A stretch of DNA of 64,000 nt from an uncultured delta proteobacterium (lineage in GTDB: Bacteria > Myxococcota_A > Polyangia > Polyangiales > Houyiibacteriaceae): the NCBI GenBank assembly GCA_963699755.1, contig CAVOVB010000003.1, positions 576,001 to 640,000 on the forward strand, given 5' to 3'. Positions 28,385-37,335 of the stretch are shown one piece after another. The notes below the pieces were generated by a model that saw nothing but the letters and a program-made list of their open reading frames with translations, was not told the origin of the DNA and ran no database searches. A program made the translations under genes and the position numbers. Each line of letters starts with the position of its first letter. Position 1 is the stretch's first letter.

Positions 28385-29845
28385 ATGCGTCTGAAGCTGA
28401 TTGCGGGCAATCTCGTGATCGTATTGCTGGTTGGCTTGGGCTCGTACCTCGTGGTGCATACCCAGCTCCGTGTCGAGCTCTCGAGGCGGCTCGAGGACAG
28501 TATCGGCGACGATTCCGAGCTTTTTGCGAGGTCTTGGCGGGCAGACGGGGCGCGCCTGGCTGAAGGGGTGGGGAACCGCGCGAACAGCAACTCCGTGCGG
28601 AATGTCTTCAGTGCACTCGGGGAAGCCAACCGGCGGCGGCGTGCATTCGAGGCTGCGCAAGAAGTCTCCAAGTGGTTCCAAGATCCAGCGCGCGGGCGGG
28701 GCGAGCGGCCACACATCGTGGCGGTCATCGACGAGACCGGCCGAGTCATCGCCCGGGACACCGACCGCAATCGCATGTTCGGCGAGCCGCTGCTCAATCG
28801 GGTTCCCGTCTTGCGTCGGGTCCTCGATCGCGGCGCTTCGCGATACGGGGTCTGGAAGTTCGAGGACAAGCTGCTGCAAGTTGGGGTCTCGGCCGTGCGT
28901 AACGACCAGGGCAGCGTCGTCGGTGCGCTCCTCGTCGGATACGACCTCTCCAATGGCTTCGCGCAGCAAGAAGCGAGGCTGGTCGGCCACGACCTGCTCT
29001 TCGTCACGAGCGACGGGATTTACAGCACCTCGACCTCCGTCGATGTACGCGACGCGCTCCAAGATGCGCTCTATGCGCCGCCACTCGACAACGGCACCAT
29101 CGCCGCCCTGCAGGGGAAGCCGACCCAGCCTTGGACGGCGACGCTTGCGGGAGACCAATACGTTGGAGTGACCGCTGCGCTGCCGATGGCACGCGGCGTC
29201 GAGGCCGCCTATGTCGTCTTGGCCGATCACGCCAAGCATACCGCGCTCGCCGGCGTCGCCGACATGATCCTCTGGCTCACGCTCTTGGGCGTCCTCGGCG
29301 TGGCGATCTATGGATACATCATCGCCAACAGTCTGATGGATCCCATCGAGCAGATGGAAGACGACATCCTCGCGGTCATCAACGGCCGGGGCGATGTTCG
29401 GCTAGACGTGGACACGCCCGAGCTCGGCGGCCTTTCGTATCGAGTCAACCAGCTCATCAATTTCTTCACAGGCGTCGCCGAAGAAGACGAAGAGGGACGG
29501 GCGGTCACGAGCAGCGGCGGATGGGAGTCGGTGAGCATCTCGAGTCCCGGGGGCTCCACGCGTTCGAGCTCCGCGGCGCCGGGCGCGGCTGAAGCCGAGG
29601 ACCCAGAGGCCGCGGCCCTGGCGGCGATTCCAGAGGGTGAATACTACGCTCGGCTCTACCGGGAGTACGTCGCTGCAAAACAATCGGCTGGCGAGGATGT
29701 CTCGAGCATCCCCGAAGCGCGTTTCATCGAGCGGATCAAGGGCAACGCCGAGCACCTCACGAAGAAGCATGGGGCGCAAATGGTTCGCTTCAAGGTCGAG
29801 GTCATCGGCAGCCAGGTAAATCTCAAGCCGGTGGTCATCCACTAG
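28385..29845 (+). CDS. Membrane sensor-like protein: TM-Cache-like-TM-HAMP plus MXAN_5187-type C-terminal domain
   Basis: Two TM helices, HAMP-like DPIEQME...ELGGLSYRVNQL, C-terminal LYREYVAAKQSAGE...VRFKVEV..QVNLKP. Confidence 0.75.
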   Translation: MRLKLIAGNLVIVLLVGLGSYLVVHTQLRVELSRRLEDSIGDDSELFARSWRADGARLAEGVGNRANSNSVRNVFSALGEANRRRRAFEAAQEVSKWFQDPARGRGERPHIVAVIDETGRVIARDTDRNRMFGEPLLNRVPVLRRVLDRGASRYGVWKFEDKLLQVGVSAVRNDQGSVVGALLVGYDLSNGFAQQEARLVGHDLLFVTSDGIYSTSTSVDVRDALQDALYAPPLDNGTIAALQGKPTQPWTATLAGDQYVGVTAALPMARGVEAAYVVLADHAKHTALAGVADMILWLTLLGVLGVAIYGYIIANSLMDPIEQMEDDILAVINGRGDVRLDVDTPELGGLSYRVNQLINFFTGVAEEDEEGRAVTSSGGWESVSISSPGGSTRSSSAAPGAAEAEDPEAAALAAIPEGEYYARLYREYVAAKQSAGEDVSSIPEARFIERIKGNAEHLTKKHGAQMVRFKVEVIGSQVNLKPVVIH

Positions 29846-29916
29846 GCCAGGGCGATTGCTTTCCGGACCTCCTCTCGTTGCACCGTCGGCCCGATCGGCC
29901 TAGTTGTTCTCGCGTC

Positions 29917-30633
29917 ATGGGGCTTTTCGATGTGTTCAAGGGAGGTGGCGGCGGGCTGAGCAAGCACGTCGCACGCGTGGCGAACAAGCGTGCGCAGACG
30001 CATGAACGTAGGGAATCGATTCAGGTGCTCGCAAGCGATGGGTCGGACGAGGCGATCCGCGGGCTGTTGACGCGGTTCAGCATCCGCGTCGACCCGAGCA
30101 TCACCGACGGCGAGGAGAAAAACGCCGCGTTCCAAGGCGTCGTCCAACAGGGCGAAGCAGCGCTCGAACCGGTACGCGATTTCCTGCGTTCGTCCGAAAC
30201 CCTGGCCTGGCCGCTCAAGATCCTCCGAGAGATCCAGACCGAAGAGGCCGTCACGACGACCCTGCTCGAGCTTCTCTCGAAGATGGACACCGAATACGAG
30301 CGCGACCCTCAGAAGAAAATCGACCTCATCGCCAGCTTCGAGGAGCACAAAGACCCACGCATCGTCGAAGCCGTGACCCGCTTCCTCGAAGACATGAATG
30401 AAACCGTCCGATTCCACGCCGCCGGCGCCATCCTCGCCCAAGACGAAGCCGAAGCAGCGCTCGAACGGATGACACAGGCGTTTCTAGCTGAAGAAAGCGT
30501 GCGCGTCCGCATGCGCATGCTCGACGGCTATATCGAACGCGACTGGAAGCTCGCCGACGTGAGAGAAGAAGCCACCAAGAAGATGCCCACCGGGTACTCA
30601 CTTGGGAAGAAGGGCGAAGTTCGGAAGAAGTAG
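29917..30633 (+). CDS. HEAT-repeat protein
   Basis: MGLFD start, FLEDMNETVRFHAAGAI and ESVRVR helical repeats. Confidence 0.75.
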   Translation: MGLFDVFKGGGGGLSKHVARVANKRAQTHERRESIQVLASDGSDEAIRGLLTRFSIRVDPSITDGEEKNAAFQGVVQQGEAALEPVRDFLRSSETLAWPLKILREIQTEEAVTTTLLELLSKMDTEYERDPQKKIDLIASFEEHKDPRIVEAVTRFLEDMNETVRFHAAGAILAQDEAEAALERMTQAFLAEESVRVRMRMLDGYIERDWKLADVREEATKKMPTGYSLGKKGEVRKK

Positions 30634-30842
30634 AGCCTGGACACTCCCAAGCCAGCAGGCGGCAGCGCGAGCCCGCAGGGCGAAGCCCGGCGCAACGCGC
30701 CGGCAAGGCGAAGCGGAGCGACCGCCGCTCCAGGGAGGATTAAGAAGAGATGTAGTGGCTGTCCCCCGCACCGACGTGGTCGATCTAGGATCGCCACAAA
30801 ACAAACACGTGGTCTACGCCACAGTGCGAAAGGACAGCCACC

Positions 30843-31868
30843 ATGCAGCACATTGCCATCGATCTAGGACGACGCGAAAGCCAAATCTGTGTCCGCGACG
30901 AGAGCGGACAGATCTTGGAGGAAGCCCGGCACAGCACCAGCGAGCTGCGGTCGTACTTGAGCCGACGCCCGATGGGCTCTCGGGTCTTGGTGGAGAGCTC
31001 GGCCGAGGCCTTTACGGTCGCCGATTGGGCTTCGGAGCTCGGACACGAGCCCCGGGTCGTTCCCTCCATCTTGGTGCCGGCGCTCGGCGTGGGCGAGCGG
31101 GGCCTCAAAAACGACGTGCGCGATGCCCGCAAGCTCAGCGAGATGGACTGCCGGATGGAGGTGCCTTCGGTGCACATCCCCTCGGCCGAGCGCCGCGCGC
31201 ACCAAGCACGATTAACCGCCCGCGATGCGTTGGTGCGGGTGCGCACCAAGCTCATCAATACCGTTCGGAGCTTCGTGCGCATGCGCGCGATTGCCCCGAT
31301 TCGTGCGACACCGCCGACCTTGCCGCGTGCGGTGCGGGCGACCCTTCTCGGCACGCCCGAGGGCGTGCCGGACTATCTGGAGGCCTTGCTCCAAAGCCTC
31401 GAGCACCTCAATGCGCAGATTCAGCAGGCCGACCCCGCGCTACGCGAGGTGGCGCATGGCGAGCCGGTGTGCCGACTGCTGATGACCATGCCAGGGGTGG
31501 GACCGGTGACCGCGCTGAGCTTCGTCAGTGCGATCGACGATGTCACGCGCTTCGAAGATGCGAGCCGCTTGACGTCGTACTTGGGGCTGGTGCCCGGAGA
31601 GCGCACGACTGGCTTCAGGACGCGCCGCACGGCGATGACCAAGGCAGGACCGAGTCGGGTGCGCTGGACGCTGACGCAGGCAGCCTGGACGCTGGTGCGT
31701 GTGCAGCCCGACTCGCCGCTCGGGCAATGGTACGAGCAAGTGAGCAAGCGCCGCGGCAAGAAGATCGCCATCAGCGGCTTGAGCCGTCGGATGGCGGCGA
31801 TCTTGTACGCGATGTGGCGAGAGCAACGGCCGTACGACGCGACGCGCGCGGCCTCTCGGCAGCGCTAA
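30843..31868 (+). CDS. IS110-family DEDD transposase / recombinase
   Basis: IAIDLG (D), LVESS (E), KNDVRDA (D,D), LMTMPGVGPVTA, SYLGLVPGERTTG, KKIAISGLSRRMA. Confidence 0.95.
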   Translation: MQHIAIDLGRRESQICVRDESGQILEEARHSTSELRSYLSRRPMGSRVLVESSAEAFTVADWASELGHEPRVVPSILVPALGVGERGLKNDVRDARKLSEMDCRMEVPSVHIPSAERRAHQARLTARDALVRVRTKLINTVRSFVRMRAIAPIRATPPTLPRAVRATLLGTPEGVPDYLEALLQSLEHLNAQIQQADPALREVAHGEPVCRLLMTMPGVGPVTALSFVSAIDDVTRFEDASRLTSYLGLVPGERTTGFRTRRTAMTKAGPSRVRWTLTQAAWTLVRVQPDSPLGQWYEQVSKRRGKKIAISGLSRRMAAILYAMWREQRPYDATRAASRQR

Positions 31869-31879
31869 GCAAGCCCCAA

Positions 31880-32036
31880 CAGCTCTGGTCTGCGCGGCAG
31901 ACCGCCGGACCGCACCTCTGTCCGGAGACGAAGACCACGGCCCCACCTGTGTGCCTCGAGCACCGGCTTACGAATGTGGCTCGTCGACGGACCTTCTCCT
32001 GTGCCTCGAGCACGCATAGTCGATTGCGCCAGAGCG
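31880..32036 (+). ncRNA. Candidate bridge RNA / seekRNA of the IS
   Basis: Closing stem GCTCTGG(31882-88)/CCAGAGC(32029-35), two 5' hairpins, and two 50-nt-periodic loop units whose variable segments match the IS ends and flanks. Confidence 0.75.
31937..32028 (+). repeat. Two-copy 50-nt tandem unit ACGG-N9-T-GTGCCTCGAGCAC-N7-CGAWTGYG
   Basis: GTGCCTCGAGCAC occurs at 31951-31963 and 32001-32013 with conserved flanking motifs at identical offsets. Confidence 0.9.
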
Positions 32037-32276
32037 AGGTCCCGGCCCAAGCCCGCAACCCCATCTCTCTCCCGGACCCGGGTGCCCGGACACGTCTGTG
32101 CTGGACAGCAAGGCCACTACATAGTCGGGTGGGGGTGGGTGGGCGGTGCAACCAAACTTCACCAGCCCCCAAGCCAAGCAACCCCCCCACATCACATCCG
32201 CCGCAGCTTCCTCGAGCAGCGTCGCAGCTGTCGCGTCTTTTTTCGCGTCCCGGTACGTCCCCGTTCGGGATTGCGC

Positions 32277-33176
32277 TCAGTCGGTGGTCTTCATCTTCGG
32301 TGGCAACACGAAGATCAGCCCGACGGTGAACATGCTGTTGAACTGCCTCAGGCGGTCGGCGCTGTCGATCTGTCCGTCGTCGTTGTTGTCGGTGCCGCTG
32401 GTGTTGTACTTGAAGGGGATGCCTCGCCAGCGGAGGGCGATCCCTAGGAAGTCGCGGAAGAAAGCGTTAAACGAGACTCCGAAGGAGGGTGCGATGACCG
32501 TACGGCTGGAGCGGGCCTGCTGGCTGTCGAGACAGCCGGGATCTTGCGGGGTGCTGGCCCCGAGCGGCACGCAGTACTGCGGCGTGGTTAGCGAGTCACG
32601 CCGGATTTCGGTATCGGCTCGCTCCTCAACGCCCACGAACGCCGCACCCACGAAGAAGTCGAGGTCCGCGTCGAAGAAGACCTTCTGGAACATCGCGAGC
32701 TTCCCGCGGAAGGGCATGAAGTGAGCCTCCACACCAGACCACCAGTTCAAGCGAGCGATCTGATCGGGGTAGCTCTCACGGCTTGGCAGGTCCAAGCGGT
32801 TCGCATCTCGCGTGACGCCCTTCGCCTGAATCTCCTTGGTCAGGTTGGTGTCGAGCTTCCCGACCGAGTACCCGCCCCAGCCGCCGATGCCGAACCAGTC
32901 CACGAAGTGGAAGCGAAGCTCGCCTCCAACGATCAGCGAGCGAGCGTATTCGTCACCGATCGTGAACGCGAAGAACGGCTCGACGTGCAAGCGGTTCTTG
33001 CGCCAGAGCCTGAGCTTCTTCACCGCATCGGCCCCGGCCAGCGGTCCGCTTACGTGTACGTCCTGAGCGCTCGCCGTGCCCGCGCCCTCGCGCAGGCCGT
33101 CGCCGAGGACGAGGCAGAGCGCCAGAGCCGCCCAGATGGCGATTCGCAAAAGCGTCTGATGTGCGAGCTTCATCAT
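32277..33176 (-). CDS. Myxobacterial outer-membrane beta-barrel protein (gliding GltA-like)
   Basis: Signal peptide, amphipathic beta strands, PFRGKLAMF and C-terminal GLIFVLP. Paralogue of the adjacent gene, near the glt cluster. Confidence 0.75.
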   Translation of the reverse strand: MMKLAHQTLLRIAIWAALALCLVLGDGLREGAGTASAQDVHVSGPLAGADAVKKLRLWRKNRLHVEPFFAFTIGDEYARSLIVGGELRFHFVDWFGIGGWGGYSVGKLDTNLTKEIQAKGVTRDANRLDLPSRESYPDQIARLNWWSGVEAHFMPFRGKLAMFQKVFFDADLDFFVGAAFVGVEERADTEIRRDSLTTPQYCVPLGASTPQDPGCLDSQQARSSRTVIAPSFGVSFNAFFRDFLGIALRWRGIPFKYNTSGTDNNDDGQIDSADRLRQFNSMFTVGLIFVLPPKMKTTD

Positions 33177-34072
33177 TTCGGTAGCCGGTACTCGAACTTA
33201 ATCGGTAGGAAGAGGGTGAAGCCGATCTGGATCGACGTGTTTGCAACGAACGACGAACCCGATTGAAGCCAGGTGGACGAATCGCTGCGCCCGGCCCCCG
33301 GAGCCACTTGGGTATTTTCGAATTGATCGGGCCACATGTAGGCCCTGAACTCGGTGAAAAAAGTGAGGTATCGCGTGAGGAAGATGCGGAGACCTGCGCC
33401 GACGTTGAATGCGACGTTGGTTTGCCAATCGAAGCTACGGTTCGTATCGAACACGGGGATTGGTTGCGTCCGCATCAGCCCGACCCCGCCGATGAGATAC
33501 GCATCCCATTGGAAGATCTTCTTACGGACCTTGAATTTCCCGTAGAAGGGCACGTAGGTAAAATTCACCCAGAGCCCGAACTGCCAATCGTTGATCGGGA
33601 CACTCAGCCGAAACTGGTCCTGAATCCGGGGTACGAAGCTCGTGTTTCGCTCGAGCGGGTTAGAGCCCCAGTCGTACCAAATGAAGTTCGCGCCGACCGC
33701 CAGGACGTTGGTGAACCAGTAGTTGACCGCGAAGCCCAAGCCATAGTGCTTGAGGTACGGATCATTGAGCGTGAATGCGGCCGACGGCGCAAGCTCGAGG
33801 CGCTTCAAGCGAAGCGCGTAGATTTGTTGCACCGCGTAGATCTCCTCGGCCGTCTCCTCGCGCTGAGGCGCGGGCTCGGTCGGACCGGAGTCGGTCTCGT
33901 CCCCTGCCGCGAGCTCTTCGATGAGATCCCCTTGGCTCTTCGACTCCTTGGCCGGCTTGGCATTCTCCTCTTCGACCTCGTCGAGGGAGAACTCCATCTG
34001 GGCCTGGGCGGCCATCGGAAACGCCATCAGGAGCGCCGCGATGAGTAGCGCAATCCCCCCAAAATCTCGCAT
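33173..34072 (-). CDS. Myxobacterial outer-membrane beta-barrel protein (gliding GltB-like)
   Basis: IYAVQQIYALR..RLELAP..TLNDPY, YVPFYGKF, FLPIKFEYRLPK. Confidence 0.78.
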   Translation of the reverse strand: MRDFGGIALLIAALLMAFPMAAQAQMEFSLDEVEEENAKPAKESKSQGDLIEELAAGDETDSGPTEPAPQREETAEEIYAVQQIYALRLKRLELAPSAAFTLNDPYLKHYGLGFAVNYWFTNVLAVGANFIWYDWGSNPLERNTSFVPRIQDQFRLSVPINDWQFGLWVNFTYVPFYGKFKVRKKIFQWDAYLIGGVGLMRTQPIPVFDTNRSFDWQTNVAFNVGAGLRIFLTRYLTFFTEFRAYMWPDQFENTQVAPGAGRSDSSTWLQSGSSFVANTSIQIGFTLFLPIKFEYRLPK

Positions 34073-34239
34073 CGGCCTCTGGCCTTCCCCCCTGAGCACC
34101 CCGGCCCCCACCGTGGCAACTCTCTGAAATCACGTAGTAACTGTCCGACTTCAACCGAACGACAAGACTATATCACGGTGAATATCGCACTACCAAATCC
34201 GCTCGCCATTTTCGACGGATTTGTGGTGGCCGCCTGCTC

Positions 34240-35499
34240 TTAGCCGAGGCTCTGGGCCTCATCGCCAGGCTCGAGGGCCTCCGGAGACTCGAAAAGCGCC
34301 TGCAAGAAGGCATCGGCGTCGAAGGGCTTCAGATCTTCGACCTTCTCGCCGATCCCGATGAACTCGATCGGCACCTGATGTTGGTCGACGATTCCGAGAA
34401 TCACGCCACCCTTGGCCGTCCCGTCGAGCTTGGTCAGCACGATGCCGCTCAGGGGTAAGGCTTCCTTGAAGAGCTGAGCTTGCTGAATCGCGTTTTGGCC
34501 GGTCGTCGCGTCGAGCACCAGTAAGACGTGATCCGCCGAACGGCCGAGGGCTTTCTCGACGGTGCGTCCGAGCTTCTTGAGCTCATCCATGAGCGGGACC
34601 TTCGTGTGAAGTCGTCCCGCAGTGTCAGCGATCACGAGATCGATGCCGCCGTCTGTCGCCTTCTGAATCGCGTCGAAGATCACCGAGCCGGGATCGGCGC
34701 GGTCCTTACCCTTGACGACGTCGCAGCCGACCCGTCGGCCCCAAACCTCGAGCTGCGTCACCGCGGCAGCGCGGAAGGTGTCCCCTGCGGCTAGGAGCAC
34801 GCTCTTGCCTTGACGGTCGAACCGACTCGCCAACTTTCCGATTGTGGTCGTCTTCCCGACTCCGTTGACGCCGACGACCAAAATCACCGTTGGCGTTGCG
34901 TCGATCGCGAGCCCTTGGCCGCTCGTCGCGAGGATGCTTCGAGCCTCTTCGCGAATCGCGGCCCAGGCATCGTCCGAGCTGGAGAGTTGACCGGCGTCCA
35001 TCTGCGCGCGAAGGGCTTGGAGCACGCGCTCTGTCGTGTGCACGCCGACGTCTGCAGTGATCAGGACTTCTTCCACCTCGTCGAGGATCGAAGTGTCGAG
35101 CTCGCGGCCGCGCCGAAACACGCCAGCGAGGCGCGAAATCAAATTGCCGCGGGTCGACTTGAGCCCGCTACGGAACGCTCCGAGATCGACGGGAGGCGGC
35201 GGAGGCGTAACCCGCTCCTCGGGGACTGGGGCGGGGGCCGCCGGGGGCTGTGGCGGGCCCGGCACGAGGTCCTCGATCCGAAGCGCCTCGGTCGGTTCGG
35301 GCTCCGCTTCCGGAGCCGCCTCGAGGCGGATCTTTGGGCGCTCTTCTTCGAGCGCTTCGGGCCGAGGCTCCTCCGGAAGCGCGTGCTTCCTTCGGCCCCG
35401 CATGAAACCGATGATGATGCCGATGAGGATCAACCCGGCCACCGCTGCAATTACCGCGAGCGTTGTCGGGTCGTTCAGATCTAGTTGTAGTGACTCCAT
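34240..35499 (-). CDS. ftsY: Signal recognition particle receptor FtsY
   Basis: GVNGVGKTTTIGK, GDTFRAAA, DTAGRLHTK, LDATTGQNA, TKLDGTAKGG. Confidence 0.97.
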   Translation of the reverse strand: MESLQLDLNDPTTLAVIAAVAGLILIGIIIGFMRGRRKHALPEEPRPEALEEERPKIRLEAAPEAEPEPTEALRIEDLVPGPPQPPAAPAPVPEERVTPPPPPVDLGAFRSGLKSTRGNLISRLAGVFRRGRELDTSILDEVEEVLITADVGVHTTERVLQALRAQMDAGQLSSSDDAWAAIREEARSILATSGQGLAIDATPTVILVVGVNGVGKTTTIGKLASRFDRQGKSVLLAAGDTFRAAAVTQLEVWGRRVGCDVVKGKDRADPGSVIFDAIQKATDGGIDLVIADTAGRLHTKVPLMDELKKLGRTVEKALGRSADHVLLVLDATTGQNAIQQAQLFKEALPLSGIVLTKLDGTAKGGVILGIVDQHQVPIEFIGIGEKVEDLKPFDADAFLQALFESPEALEPGDEAQSLG

Positions 35500-35570
35500 T
35501 CGACCTCTGTCAGCCCCCGATGGCCCTTGGGACCGCCGCAATATAGAGACGCCTGCACCGGGCAGTCAAC

Positions 35571-36473
35571 GTGGCCGCCTCGTCGAATCGCTTGCGGTCG
35601 CGCTTCGCGAGCTGTGATACTGAAAATGCAGGGGAAGGGCGAAGGCTGTTGAAGGGGCACATTGGCCGATGGCATCGGTGGCGAGCGCTCGCGCTGGCCG
35701 CTTTCCTCATCGCGAGCACGGCGCAAGCCGATGGCCGCGACGAATACCTCGTACACTTGCTTCGCGACTCGCCAGCCTTTCGTGTTCGGGCGCAGGCCGC
35801 CTTATCGCTTGGTCAGTTGGAGCGGACCCGCCGCTCTGTCGTGGCGCTCGAGCGGGCGGTTCAGGACAAGCATCCAGCAGTGCGCGTATCGGCGATCTCC
35901 TCTCTGCGCCGACTGCAGGCCAAGGAGTCGCTGCCGGTGGTCGAGAAGGCGATGAGGGACGGGAACAAGTCCGTGCGACGTGCCGCCGTCGAAGCCGCGG
36001 CCGCGCTCAGCGCGGTGGGCGAGCGAGAACGGGGGCCAGGCCGCACCGAGTACTTGGTGGCGGTCGGGATGCCAGGCGCCAAAGCAGAGCGGGTCTCCCG
36101 ACAGATGCTCTTCGACGCACGGATCTTCCTGTCCGAACAGCTACTCACGCTCAACGGGGTCGAGCTCGCCCCCGATGACCTGACCCCGGCCGATGCAAAA
36201 CGCGAAATCGCCCAGCGACGGCTACACGGGTATCACTTGGAGAGCTCGATCGTCACCCTCGAGCCCAAGGGGGCCGGCGTGCGCGCGGTGGTTTCCATCA
36301 TCGTGCTGACGTACCCAGGGCGCGACATGCGCGGGATGTTACGCGGCGCAGCTACGGCGACCGGCCGGTACAGCGACGAAACAGTCGAGCAGGCAGTTCA
36401 TGGCGCCTTCGTGAGCGCGCTGCGGCGCCTGCCCACTCTGCTCGAGGCAGCGAAATCGCAGGGAAGCCTTTGA
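35571..36473 (+). CDS. Exported HEAT-repeat protein
   Basis: Signal-like ALALAAFLIASTAQA, FRVRAQAALSLG, DKHPAVRVSA, DGNKSVRRAA. True start is probably downstream (about 35649). Confidence 0.7.
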   Translation: MAASSNRLRSRFASCDTENAGEGRRLLKGHIGRWHRWRALALAAFLIASTAQADGRDEYLVHLLRDSPAFRVRAQAALSLGQLERTRRSVVALERAVQDKHPAVRVSAISSLRRLQAKESLPVVEKAMRDGNKSVRRAAVEAAAALSAVGERERGPGRTEYLVAVGMPGAKAERVSRQMLFDARIFLSEQLLTLNGVELAPDDLTPADAKREIAQRRLHGYHLESSIVTLEPKGAGVRAVVSIIVLTYPGRDMRGMLRGAATATGRYSDETVEQAVHGAFVSALRRLPTLLEAAKSQGSL

Positions 36474-36499
36474 CTGATGGAGAACGATGGGCGTAGGAA

Positions 36500-37099
36500 G
36501 TGAGAAACGCGATGGCTGACAAGAAACAACGCAAGCTGCGAAACTACCTGCTCGATCGGCGTTTTCAGCTGAAGTATACGGGTATGGTCCTGCTGGTCAC
36601 GGTGTCGGTCGCCAGCGCGCTCGGGTTCGTGGCGTACCGCTTATCGCAGCGCCAGACCGAGGCCCTGACAGCGCAAATCGCCGCGCAGCCCGATCTCGAT
36701 CCACAGACCGCGAACGACCTCGAGCAGTTCGCCAAGCAGGAAGACCGAAAGATTCGCAACGCCATCGTCTTGGGCGTGCTCGTTCTGACCGTCGTTCTCG
36801 GGCTCACCGGCATCGTCGTGACCCATCGAGTGGTGGGGCCCACCTACCGGATGAGGCGACTCTTCGCGCACGTCGGCAAGGGCCGCTTGGAGATCAACAC
36901 CGGCATCCGAAAAGGCGACGAGCTTCAAGAGCTCTTTCGCTCCTTCGCCGAGATGGTGGAGTCGCTGCGCGACCAGCGGTCTGAAGAGATCGAGCAGCTC
37001 GAGCAGACCTTGATCAAGATGGAAGCGGCTGGCGTCCAATCGGCCTACATCACGGAGCTCCGCGCGGTCATCGAACGCATTCGTAAGACAGTCGATTAG
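36500..37099 (+). CDS. Two-TM HAMP-domain membrane protein
   Basis: RNYLLDRRFQLKY, two TM helices, THRVVGP...IRKGDELQELFRSFAEMV. Confidence 0.8.
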   Translation: MRNAMADKKQRKLRNYLLDRRFQLKYTGMVLLVTVSVASALGFVAYRLSQRQTEALTAQIAAQPDLDPQTANDLEQFAKQEDRKIRNAIVLGVLVLTVVLGLTGIVVTHRVVGPTYRMRRLFAHVGKGRLEINTGIRKGDELQELFRSFAEMVESLRDQRSEEIEQLEQTLIKMEAAGVQSAYITELRAVIERIRKTVD

Positions 37100-37335
37100 C
37101 GATCGGGGCGCTTTTTCGCGCCCCTCCGTACGGTGACATTTCGAACCGCGTTCCTCCGCACGGAGATAGGACCAAGCACCTCCCCCAACATCCGCGGCAG
37201 CACGAGCCGTTCGACGCCGCCCCGTGTCGCGCTTTTTCAGCGCCCCGGTCTGCCCGCCGCGAGCTATCTCACGCTGCACGACTGGGCCTTTGGGATCTCT
37301 TCGGAGTCCGCTAGAGTCGCGGGGCGGAGGTGGTC

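Larger units (their letters stand above)
30743..32125 (+). mobile_element. IS110-family insertion sequence, IS1111-type organisation
   Basis: Sub-terminal IRs ATGTAGTGGC (30750-30759) and GCCACTACAT (32113-32122), single DEDD transposase, long 3' non-coding region. Ends placed by the IS1111 convention (about 7 and 3 bp outside the IRs), so they are approximate. Confidence 0.85.

Noticed and set aside
31937..32028. CRISPR mini-array
   Set aside because: Only two units, the variable parts are 7-9 nt inside the unit, there are no cas genes, and it lies within an IS. A guide-RNA scaffold explains it better.
30602..32329. 575-aa plus-strand ORF spanning the IS
   Set aside because: Arg/Ala/Pro-rich alternative frame of the transposase in high-GC DNA, crossing both IS boundaries.
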